Of a stretch of DNA of 64,000 bases, positions 1 to 13,300 are shown one piece after another. How positions within the stretch are numbered: position 1 is the first letter of the stretch; the number at the start of each line of letters is the position of its first letter. The DNA lies in assembly GCF_009914755.1 (NCBI RefSeq), contig NC_060930.1; one strand, 5' to 3'. A program made the translations under genes and the position numbers. The notes beneath the pieces are model-generated. The model was given only the letters and a program-made list of their open reading frames with translations. It made no database searches and was not told the origin of the DNA. The stretch is from the human T2T-CHM13v2.0 reference genome, Homo sapiens.

Positions 1-113
1 TGTACTATGAATAGTAGTACTCCTTACTCCTTGGTTCCTATCAAGAATCAAGTCAATATATACTCTGGGGAAAATGATGAGGAGGAATAATTTCTATTCT
101 TTCTGTTCTGGCC

Positions 114-892
114 ATGGTTCTTAACCTTGGCTGCATATTAAAATCACCTACGGAGTTGAAAAACTTTATATCTAGATTGTACTATGGACCAATTAAGACC
201 ATATCCCTGAGAGTTTGGAGCCCAGGTATTGTCATCTAAGAGACCACCATGTAGTAGAAAACAGAGCTTTATTGTTGACATTGGTTTCTAAAACTAGGAA
301 GAGAAAGTCTCCAGCATGGAATGAAGGTGCCCTCTCTTCAAACAGGGGAAAGACAGGTTGGGTTTTATGCCTGGAAGAGGCAGTGTCATACATATTCAGC
401 AGGTTTGGAGGAGAGGTTATTCATAATTATGAGGGGAGTCAAGTGCATACTCAGTGGGTAAACAGATATGTAATATAGATTCTGTGTTCACTTGGTGTGG
501 CATTTTAGCATTAAAACGAGGTTGAATTTGGCCCTTTATATCAAAATGTGAACTACAAGACACAAAGTTTGTGTGCAGCATCTGTAAGCTGGCTGAAAGT
601 CTGCAATAGTTTACCAGAAAAGAATGTTTGTAAGGTTGGTCCTCTGTCCAGTCAGAGTTGTAGTGGTCAGGGTTAAAATCAGAAATGATGGCTCCTAGTG
701 TTAGGAAGTTTAACCATAGGAATTTAGAAATTTTCCATGCCAAACATTTCCTTAACCCTCAACCCATAGGTAACTTAATTTCCCTAACTTTGGGTCCATC
801 TTGATTGATTAAGGGGCATCTATTTTGATTTCTCAGATCACAATATTCATGTCTAATTATAAAATTCCCTAGGTGATTGTGATGCACTATTG
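114..892. mobile_element. MER5-family hAT-Charlie MITE, split by an LTR insertion (arms ~114-229 and ~847-892)
   Basis: Left arm catggttcttaaccttggctgcatattaaaatcacct...gagcccaggtat and right arm aaattccctaggtgattgtgatgcac resemble the two halves of the MER5 consensus. Confidence 0.65.
230..842 (-). mobile_element. Solo LTR, ERV1 class (MER101-like; subfamily uncertain)
   Basis: Termini TG(230)...CA(842). Minus strand starts TGTGATCTGAGAAATCAAAATAGATGCCCC. Flanked by gtat (226-229) and atat (843-846), a 4-bp TSD with one mismatch. Interrupts a MER5. Confidence 0.7.
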
Positions 893-900
893 CTCTAGTC

Positions 901-1084
901 CAGTGTTTCTCAGTGGAGCCCTCAGACCATCAGCATCAGCATCACCTGGCATTTGTCATTAATGCAAATTATTGGGCCCCTCCCTAGACCTGCTGAATCA
1001 AAAACAGAGAGTGGATAACATCAGGGTGAGTTTTAGCAAGCCCTCCATGTAATTCTGATGCACAGTGAAGTTTGAGAACCACTT
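901..1084. mobile_element. MER5A hAT-Charlie MITE
   Basis: Terminal inverted repeats cagtgtttctca...tgagaaccact. Internal cagcatcagcatcacctgg, agacctgctgaatca and aattctgatgcaca. Confidence 0.85.
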
Positions 1085-1091
1085 ATGTAGT

Positions 1092-1360
1092 CAGTGGTAA
1101 TCAAATTTAATGAATAAAATAATCATCTTAAGTGCTTGCTTAACATGTATTTGGTGTATGTCAATACTTACAGAACTTTCCACTAAAAATGTTAATTTTA
1201 CAGTATGCAAATTATACTTAATCTCCCCCAAAAATGACCAAAAAATGCCAATTTGGGGGCTCTGCCATCAGAGATATTGAGTCAAAGTGTAGGGACTCAG
1301 CAAACCTCATTTCAAAACATGAATATTCTGTTTCAGTATGCAACTAGACTGCACCTCTAG
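1092..1360. mobile_element. Degraded MER5B-like MITE containing a short L1M 3'-end fragment (~1145-1245)
   Basis: Starts cagtggtaatcaaattt...aatcatcttaagtgcttg and resumes ggggctctgccatcagagatattgagtca. The insert aattttacagtatgcaaattatacttaat resembles an old L1 3' terminus. Confidence 0.45.
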
Positions 1361-2999
1361 TGTGGGTACTATTATCTATTGTCCTATATCACTGCAGATC
1401 ATGCATGAGAGAAGATACCAGTATCTTTGACCAACATCTCGTCTTACAGAAGATACCACATCCTCACAGAAGTGCCTTATAAAAATTTGCTTTCATGCTA
1501 CCTTTGGTGTAATATTTGCAGGTGTCAAAATAAGAAATGGCTTCATAGCAAAATGTTCTTTATAAATGTTTTTTATTGTGCAGTAGTCCTCTTTATGAAA
1601 CCAATATAACAATTTACTTATAGAATTCATTCCCAAGCAAATTTTCTTCTGTCCTGATAGCTGAAATAAATGTTCTTATTCAAAAATTGTAACATTTATA
1701 TTTCATTTTTTTCTGTAGTTGCTAAATAATTTAGCACCACTTTTAATGCCAGTTGCAATAACTATACTAATCTAGAGTTCTGACACATATATATTTTTCC
1801 ATATAATATTTTTTCTATATTAATAATTTTCTTGAATGTATACTTTTTTTGTCACCTTAAACCCTTTACAAGCATAACAGGATGAGAAATCCTGTAATAA
1901 ATAGTAACCCTCAGGGTAAGTCAAGTTCCATTTAGGACATTCAGCTATCCTGAGATAGTAAATGTAATCCACTGAGTTAAGAGATTCTAAGCAGAGGAAA
2001 AACAGTTACTGGGCAGTTCTTAAAAAGATAGCCAGAAATCAATTTTAATACATAAATGCTGACATTTTTGTGCTTAGATAAATCTCATAGCACATTCTTA
2101 CAATTGTCTGAACATATTAGGCAATATAGAAGACAAGACTGTTATGTGAACTCAATTTCTGATTTTCTTTGAGGAATAACAAATGTATTTTCTTGATTAT
2201 GTAAATCTATATGGAAAAATACTTGATCTGATAATACAAACGCTTCTGAGCCTAATTCTGGTGACTGATAAATTTTCTAACTTTGCAAGACTCTTGCCCA
2301 TTTCTCTGTCTTTACATAGAATTGTTCTCAATCTGTTCCTGTGGGTTAGCAGTCAAAATTTAAAATTTCCATAGAAGGAGACTTTAGAATTTGCAACACA
2401 AATATCAGAATGTTCACAGGTTTTCTCCAAAGAGCCTCTTAAGTGAGTTAGGCTCACAGCCATGGTGTTGCCCCTGCCCCCCAAAAAAGGTTAACTTGGG
2501 AATACGACCAACCATAGACCTATAGAAGAATTTCATTTTATTTTTAAAAGCAGTCAGGTTTATGAATGCTTCCTTAGAAATGCTCTGAGAGATAGTAAAT
2601 CAACATATTTTACATATTTTCCACACTTCACTTAGCTTTTATTAAACCAGTGATTCCAATGGTGTGTCTAAAAATTCATATTTCTGTATCCATAGAAATC
2701 CATGGAATACTGTCTGCATTTATTATGATGAAAAAATACCACTGCAAAAACAGATGTTTATGATTATCTTTTTCTAGAAAACATGTGCTTCTAAGAATGT
2801 CACGTGTAGGGAGAATCTCAGCATACAAAGTAGCCCAATTTCTATGTCTAGACAAGGATGTTTTTTGAACCTTAGACGTATTTTTAAATTTAAAAAAAAG
2901 CAAATTTTTTTGAAAACTAATTAAGCATATCTTATCAAGCAGACATTTTTGAAAGCAGAATACTATGAAATGTTGCTGAATTTATGGATGAACTAACCT

Positions 3000-3300
3000 A
3001 TTATTATTACTATTACTATTATTTTGGAAACAGGATCTCACTCTGTCACCCAGACTGGAGTGCAGGGTTGTGATCATGGCTCACTGCAACCTCAACCTCC
3101 AAGGCTCAAGTGATTCCCCCACCTCAGCCTCCTGAGTATCTGGGACCACAAGTGCATACCACTACTTTTTAAAAATTTTTTTGTGGAGATAGAATCTTGC
3201 TATATTTCCAGGCTGATCTTGAGCTCCGTAGCTCAAAAGATCCTCCTGCCTCAGTCTCCCATACTGCTAAGATTATAGGTGTGAGCCACCACACTTAGAC
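3000..3300 (-). mobile_element. AluJ SINE
   Basis: Reverse-strand Alu dimer: acaggatctcactctgtcacccagactggagtgcag...gattataggtgtgagccacc. J-type gatcatggctcactgc and gctcaagtgat. Tail degraded to (TTA)n. Confidence 0.92.
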
Positions 3301-3583
3301 AGTTAACCCATTTGTATGCATTTGTGTGTACATTTTATAGTTTTAAACTTTCTGGTTTAACACATAAATACAATCACAAGACTCATAAATATATAGCTTA
3401 ATAAATTAGCTGCACTGCCACTTTTAGAATAAAAAGCATGAAGTAAATACATAATGATTAGGTAGCTGAAGGCTGTAGGGGTTCAGTAACACCATATGAA
3501 TGAATTTCTACCACCTCAGGAAGACTAATCCAGAGGGTAGCTGGGTTTGGCATTAATGAAGATAAGTCTCTGGCCTAAAGATT

Positions 3584-3988
3584 TGTAATAAAGAGTTTGA
3601 CTCCATTTTTGATGTTTGACTGTTGACAGCTTTCAAGTACTGTCACTTCCTCTTCTCTCACTACCCTACATCTGGGCAAGCTGATAAGAAAACCCACTTG
3701 CTCCCTCCTTTGACACCAATGAGTAGTTCAAACCTTGCAATACCTGACTACGTGGGAACCCATTCTAGCCCCACCTGCTAACTACCAGGAAACCCCAAAC
3801 CAATCACTCCTCCATTCATTTTTGGACCTGATTGAGAGACTGCCTTGCTGTTCACAGAAATGCTCATTTTGTAAGTAATATGCCTTTTCATACCCTCTTT
3901 GTGCATGTGTGATGTCATCAGTGTTCACAGTAGAACCAAATTTTGGGATGGGGAAGTAGATCCCTCCTCTGTGAAAGTAAGTAAAACA
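3584..3988 (+). mobile_element. Solo LTR, LTR47-like
   Basis: Starts TGTAATAAAGAGTTTGACTCCATTTTTGATGTTTGACTG, contains catctgggcaagctgataagaaa, ends aaaaCA; about 405 bp. Confidence 0.7.
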
Positions 3989-4489
3989 ATGTTGAATTAC
4001 ACATTATATCCCCGACTTGAACACCTAATTCTACAACTTAGATGGACCTTCCTTTCTCCTTTTATGTAAGAGAAAACTTCTTCATAGTCAACTTGGCCAG
4101 CATCACACGTATGATTATGAAAAGGCTTAGTTGAGTTATATGTTCCACGATGATGACATTTTTCTAACTCATATACAGAACATTTTTTAACTCATAACAA
4201 CACTTAAAAGTGAACACATAAATGTGAATGATATAGAGGTAGCATTAACACTTGATAAAGATAATTTAATTTGCATTCACATTTTAATAGTATTATCTTC
4301 ACCTTTAAGCAGTTCCTACTCCTTTTGTAAACTTTAAACTTCTATTATACTATCAATTGGTATATTAAAGGTTGTTGGCTACTTTCTTTAGCTAGTTCAT
4401 CCTCCTTATTTCAGACTGTTACATTTATAGTTTTCCTGCAATCCTCTTTCCTTTTTAAAATACTAAACCTATATTAATTAAGGACTCAT

Positions 4490-4612
4490 TAGACTAATAT
4501 TTCTTTGAAGGTCATGATTCTGTCTTTTTTGGTTATTATTTTCAATATCAAGAAAAATAAAAGGGATTGGAACATATAAATAATTTATGAATATTTTTAA
4601 TGTATGAATGAA
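4490..4612 (+). mobile_element. L2 3'-end relic
   Basis: tttgaaggtcatgattctgtct...aatatttttaatgtatgaatgaat: L2 terminal motif ending in (TGAA)n. Confidence 0.5.
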
Positions 4613-4737
4613 TCCATATTTGTAGCTTTTCTTATATATTCCTCATACATTCATGTTGCCTTTAGAAACTTGAAGACTCTCATATTTTACAGTAGGAACA
4701 TCAACAAAAATTGAAATAAAATTATTTGCTGCCTTTA

Positions 4738-4892
4738 ATAATACCAATTACTTATTAAGCACTAGTGTTTCCAGCATTGGGCTGTTTTATATGCATTATC
4801 TAATTTAATATTTTTGAGAACCCAATAAGATAGATAGTTTCCATTTCATAAGTGAGAACTAGTTCTTATGCAGGATAATTAACATGACAAAT
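4738..4892 (-). mobile_element. MIR SINE
   Basis: cttattaagcact...tatatgcattatctaatttaat...ccatttcataagtgagaact: reverse MIR core. Confidence 0.6.
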
Positions 4893-7674
4893 ATTGTTTC
4901 TCATTTCTTTCTCTTTTATATAGTTATAGTACTGAACATCCCATATTCCAGGAATTCTCCCAGTCCCAGGTAAAAGCCAGGTTAGATTACTGTAATTGGA
5001 TCATTAGTGTTTTTTTTTTTTTTTTTTTACTGTTATAACATTACTAAATTACAGATATAAGCAATGTTTTCCTGTATTATATTTTATCAGTAATAATGCT
5101 AAAATTAGGGTTTTTCATCTGCTTGCTTATTTGTCTTAACTTTTAATTAAATTTGAACTCAGGGATAGAAGAATAATGATATTTATCAGGCTTCCTTAGT
5201 AACCCAATCATCACGTTTACCTTCAAGGCTTTTAATCCAGATGGTCTGCATTTCATCTGATGCATTGGTTCTTTTCCCCTCATTCTTTTAAATCTTTGCA
5301 TATTCTTTTCTCATAGCAATTAACAGACAAAAAAGTCCTATTCAATGATCTTGAATCCATGGATCATAAAATCTGAGGTAAATTATGGCAGGGACCCTAG
5401 CTAGCTATTTTATTCACTATTATATGCCCAGAAATTAGTACTTTACATGGACTTTAATAAGCAATGAATTAATATTCCTTGAATATTAAATTGTCTTTTC
5501 TTGAGTCACAGACTTTTTAAAGAGGCCTCATAGTTATCTTCTATCCACTTATTGTTATAAGTATCAGACTCATTTCTTACATTTACACATGAACTGTATT
5601 AAGTCATAGACGGATATGAATCCCAACTGAAATTCTAGGAGTTGAAACAGAGGAGTTCAGCTTATACCTATTCCTGTTTTTAGTTACTTGTTTAAATTGT
5701 TTTCATCACAAGGATATTCAAGTGTTTATCTTCTTGATATTTCTAAATCTCACCCAAATGGTATATCTAAAAATGTCATTTAATTATCCAAATATGTGAA
5801 TCATTCTTACTTTCACAATGATATCTTACTTTTTGATTATTTGTAAGGCTCTGAGATTTCTGACAGACCTCTCTCTGCTCATGCTATAATTATATGCCTT
5901 TGTATATGTATGTTCTTGAGCAAGATCAACATTATAAAAACAACTATGAGATCCTGAAGGCTATTATTTTTGTGTGTTCACCACCGAAAATACCCATTTT
6001 AAACTCATTCCTGGAAATCTCTTGTAAAATAGACTGTAGTTGTACACTAACCTAAAAATGTTTTTTTCATAAAATTGATATCTACATTGATAAAGAGTTG
6101 AATGTAGATTTTCTGTTGATTATGTGAAATATAGCTCTTTGGTATATCATTCATAAATTGTCTTTCAAGAAATTTCAACTTTAGTGCAAAATAAATCACT
6201 GAATTATCCAACTAATATTTAATAAGTTCTTATGTGGCAGATATTATACTGCTCTTCAGATGCTTGAATAATAGAGAAACTTTGGCCACCAAGCATGTAT
6301 GGCCTAGCAGAGAAGACCAACACATGAATAATTATTTGTGAATATGGATGGAGGAAAAATAAATATCCAGTATTTGTCTACATACATGTATTGTAGGGAT
6401 GTTTATTAAAAAATTATCAATTCATTACATTAGAATTATTTTATCTTCTAACAGATAAAGAGACTATGTCAAAGAGGTCATCTCTTGGTTGAAAGTCAGA
6501 GTGGTCCTTGCCAGTGTATACTAACTTTTACTTAGGTTTTTTGAAGGACTATCTATAAGAAAAGCAAGCCAACAATTCCTTCTCTTCCTCTCAGTTTTTA
6601 CCTTTATTAGTTACCTTTTAAATATAAGATTTTTGATTGCAAGTAGAATGAACTTACATGTTCATGTTTATACTCTGAGAATGAAATAATGTGACTTTCA
6701 AAATAGAATTAAAAGCCTAATTTTAGGCTTGAAATTCTGAACCTTCTTTCAGAATCTCCTACTATACCTTTGTTCCTACTTTTCAAAGAATTGTTATGTT
6801 TCATTACTTTTTAAAATAATGAGCTACTCTGATTCTTGATTTTATACATACCATTCCACTCTTTTTTATGGTCAGACATTTCTTTACCATGCCTCACCCT
6901 CACATTCAATTTTTTTTTTTTCATTTTGAAGGTGATCCTGTATAAATTTCCTAGGACCCAGTAATGCCATTGTACATCATATACATGTTTATTGGAGTTG
7001 TTAGATTCAGCCACAATGCTTTATCACTTACGTTCTTACACAATTCATTTATATGTGTCCCCACTGAATAGTAACATAGTTTAAAACAAGAACTGGTTAT
7101 TCCTTTGTCTTAATCTGCCCTGTTGGGATATGAGTTAAGTGCTAATATCTTATGTAAATTATTTGAAATAAATGGCAATTTAATGACTTAAAATATATTT
7201 TCTCTGATACTCTATTTTATTCTCAAATACTGAAAAGAAAGAAATAGCTAGTTTATTCTTCCTTTCCAAACCTAGGGCTACCATGAATATTTTATCTGTT
7301 TATATCAAGAAAAAAGTTCAAATAGAAATTAGAAATATTGCTCCTACCTAAGAATGTTAATTTTGCCATCAGGAATGAGGTTACATGTTTTATAAAAAGA
7401 TGACTATAATTTTTAATACAATTTTTCAAATGCAGATATGGAAAGTTGTCATCTATTAGACTGCTATGATTAAATTATTTTAGGATGATGCAGAAAGCCA
7501 TAATTGCCTCATATCATGATGTAAACAATCCAAATAAATTTATCTATAATTATGATGTTAAAATTTTCCTTTGAATTTATAGGACACAAAATATTTCTAT
7601 ATGTGTATGGCAGTGTGTGTTTAAAACACACATATAGAAATGAGGATATAATCTCAGAAACATTAAGAAAGATG

Positions 7675-9237
<1,563 letters not shown>

Positions 9238-10388
9238 TTTAGTGTAAACTAAGTGTACAGTGTTTTAAATAAAAAGATCTTCTCTTACAAAAGATGCATT
9301 AGAAAACTGTATGAAATATGCTGTACAGTTGAAGTTTGGGTGTCCTTGACCTACAATAGTCACTGTCTTCAGGGAAATGCCGAGGCAGTTGGATTTTGGC
9401 ATGTGTGGTGTCAGAGAGTTGGAAGTAAAGGTGAGAGTAAATTAGGCTCTCCAGGGCACAATCAAATGGCCAAAGCCCTGGTTCAGGTTCCATGTAGTCA
9501 AGGCTAAAATAACATATTTAAGACAGCATGAGATGTAAATCCAGTCAGTCTTTGGGGACAATGCAGAGGTTAAGAGCACGTTTGATGCCATGGCTGAGAG
9601 CTGGGGATGAGGACACAGATCAGGAATAGAGAGGATTATGAGCAATCGTTGCAAGTAACAATTGTTCATTTTGGGCTGGTGTTTATATGGCTCTTAACTG
9701 GTTTGGAATGATTTGAAATGTAAATAGTACGAATCACATTGTAATAAAGTGTCACATTTGGATAAGCCCACCTAAATCTAGTTTTGTCCTGTGAAACGAT
9801 GAATGATTGGGTCCTTTGCCTGTTGCAAGGAGTCCATCTGAGTGGCCATTGTTTCTATATTGGAATGCAAGGAGTCCAGACAAAGAAGCCCATCTATGCA
9901 CGGTCTTCCACTATAGCTGTCCCTTAGGATGATAAACACTGCTTTTCTCTCATAAGCATGTATAATCTCTAATTCATTAATGATGCCTGTTTGTGTTAGT
10001 TGATTACTGACCTTTATCCTCTCATATAATGCTGTCAGCAAAGAATTCATAGAGAAAACTGACAGTGTAATTTGATATGCTTCTTAAATTGATATTTTTG
10101 TTTCATGCATAATTAAAAGTATTCTTTTGTTTGTCATGCTAGAAACCTCACATTCTTCTCAATAATTTTATAAAAGTTTATTGTCATTAACTCCATATTT
10201 AAATCATAATATGGTTATGAAAGAGGTCCGTTATGATTCAACGTAGAAATAAGACTAGAATATTTTCTGTTTTGTTCTTATTTACATAATGTGTCTAATA
10301 ACAAAGCAAGAAGAAACACATAAAATGTTAGGTGGCTTATCACAATCAAGTAAAATAAAATGGGAATCATTGACAAAATTCTTATTAA

Positions 10389-13300
10389 GGGCCAAGATGA
10401 CAAACTAGAAGCAGCTCATGTGCATGGCTCTCACGGGGAGGAAACAAAAGGGCTGGTGAACACTGGCCCTGCAGACCAATCATCTGAGAAGCCTTGTGGG
10501 GATCCATTAAGGCAGCAGGGACACACAGAGAGCAGAGAAGAGTGAAGCCGGGCGCCAGCCTGTCTGACTCAGTGTGGAGACAGGAGTAGCTCTCCAACTT
10601 GGAAAAGAATGAGTGAATGAGCGCCCCGCTCATTCGTGAGTGGGGTATTCACACTCTCCACAAGGAACTATGCAAAACTGGGAATGGAAGAATCTTCCTG
10701 GAACCCACTTCCCATCATGCCCCACTGCACTTGTAGGCTGAGGCAGATGGCCACCTGGATGTTTTGCCGGTGCAACTCATGATTCCAAGGGGACCTCTAC
10801 AAGCGTTGGGCTCTGGAGCAGACCAGCACTGATGCCATCCCAAAGAGAGGCCACAGTCAAAGTGCTTGGGAGCAGTAAGATTGCTCCACCCCCTCCTTGC
10901 CAGACAAGGCTCTGTGCCAGCTCCCGACTCGGCAGTCCCACTTCTGCTTACTCAGCCAGCAGCTGAAGCCTCTTATTGTCCTAGGAAGCACCCAAAAGGC
11001 AGGATGTGTGACCCCACCCTCCCTTATTACTGGTAGCAGGCAACACCTGCCAGAGCTTCTGGCCCAGTGGTCCTACTTCTGAACACAGCCAGAGGATACA
11101 GCCTTCTGTTGTCCCAGGAAACAGCCAGATGGCAGGGTGGGCGACCTCACCTACCTCTGCCTCTGGTAGCCAGGAAGTTTATGCTTGCTAGAGCTTCCAG
11201 CTGAGCAGTCTTTCTTCTACCTGAATTTGTCAAGGTACACAGCCACCTTTTGTACTGGAAGCACCAGATGGCAGGGCAGGAAACTTCACTCATTCCACCT
11301 CCTGTGGCCAGATGGGTCACATTGCTAGTGCTTCCAGCCCAGTGGTCCCACTTCTGCCTAAACTCTGCAGGCAGGCAGAAACCTATGCTTCCCTGGGAAG
11401 GACGTGGACAGCAGATTAGGGCAGACCAAGTAAGCATAAGGCATATCTGCCAACTGTGGCCCCTGCCTAGCGGAGCACTATGGACCAGAACACCCAAAAA
11501 TGGAATTGTGGGCATAGATACAGTAATTGAGGGTCCTCCTCCAAGACCTAGGAGCAGTCTAGAATCAAAGCTGGCTGATTGAAGCTACCTTCTACCACAA
11601 ACAAATACCCAAGGGATTCAATGAATATAAAAGAAAAAAAAAAAAAAAGACAACAACAAAACCATTCTAAGGACAGCAACCTTAAAAACTGAAGATGAAG
11701 GAACATCAGCCCACACAGATGAGTGAAACCAGCAGAACATTGGCAATTTAAAAAGCCAGAGTGTCTTTTTAACTCAAATAATGGCTCTAGATCCCCAGCA
11801 ATGGTTCTTAACCAGACTGCAATGGCTGAAATGTCAGACATAGAATTCAGAATATGGATAGAAACAAAGATTACTGGCATTAAGGTGAAAGTCGAAACCC
11901 AATTCAAGGAATCTAAGGAATACAATTACACAATACAGGAGATAAAAAATGAAATGGTCATTTAAGAAAAAGCCAGACTGAACTGATAGAGCTGAAAAAT
12001 TCACTTCAAGAACTTCAGAAGACAATCGCAAGTATCAGCAACAGATTCCACCAGACTGAGGAAAGAATCTTTGAGCTCAAAGACTTGTTGTCCAAAATCT
12101 CAGTCAGATAAAAATAAATAAAATGTAATAATGAAGAATAAGTAAAACATCTGAGAAATATGAGATTATGTAAAGAGACCAAATCTACAACCCACTGGTG
12201 CCTCTGAAAGAGAGGGAAAGCAAGCAACTTGGAAAACACATTTCAGGATAACATTCATGAAAATTTCTCCAACGTCACAGGAGAGGCCAACATTCAAATC
12301 CAGAAAAAGCAGAAAACCCCTGTGAGGTACTGTATGAGATAACCATCCCCAAGACACATAGTAATTAGATTATCGAAGGTTTAAATGAAAGAAAAAATGA
12401 TAAAGGCAGCTAGAAAAAAGGGGCAGGTCACTTGCAAAGGAAACCTCATCAGGCTAACAGTGGACCTTTCAGCAGAAATCCTACAAGCCAGATGAGATTG
12501 GAGGCCTATATTCAGCATTTTTAAGGAGAAGAAATTCCAGAAAATTTCATAACCAGCCAAACTAAGCTTCATAAGAAAAGGAGAAATAAGATCTTTTTCA
12601 CACACACAAATGCTAAGAGAAGTTGTTACAACCAGCCCTGCCTTGCAAGAGGTCCTTAAGAGAGTGACAAATATGGAAAAGAAAACCATTACTGATCACC
12701 ACAAAAACACACTTAAGTACATAGACCAATGACACTATAAAGCAACTACACAATCACATATGCATTATAATCAGCTAACAACATGAAGATAGGATCAAAC
12801 CTGCGTAAATCAGTATTAATCTTAAATGTAAACAGGCTAAATGCCCCAATTAAAGGCCATAGAGTGGTCAGTTGGATAAAGAAACTAGACCTAACTGTAT
12901 ACTATCGACAAAGACCCATCTCAGATGTAATGACACCTATAGGCTCAAAGTAAAGGGATGGAAAAAAATCTACCAAGCAAACAGAAAACAGAAAAAAATC
13001 AGGAGTTGCTATTCTAATTTCCTACAAAGCAGACTTTAAACCAACAATGATCAAAAGAGACAAAGGGCATTAGATAATGGTAAAGGGTTCAATTCAACAA
13101 GAAGATCTAATTATCCTAAAATACATGCATCCAAAATAGGAGCACCCAGATTCATAAAGCAAGTTATTAGAGACCTATGAGGAGACTTAGATAACCACAC
13201 AACAATAGTGGGAAACTTCAATACCCTACTGACAGTATTAGACAGATAATCAAGGCAGAAAACTAAAAAAATATTAAGGCCTGAACTCAACATTTTACTA

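Noticed and set aside
9824-9878. 13-bp direct repeat tgcaaggagtcca with a 29-bp spacer, superficially CRISPR-like
   Set aside because: Only two short copies in primate DNA with no cas genes; most likely chance or a small local duplication.
11147-11925. Overlapping 110-125 aa ORFs on both strands
   Set aside because: They lie in the L1 5'UTR/ORF1 start and are chance frames of GC-richer repeat DNA, with no recognisable domain.
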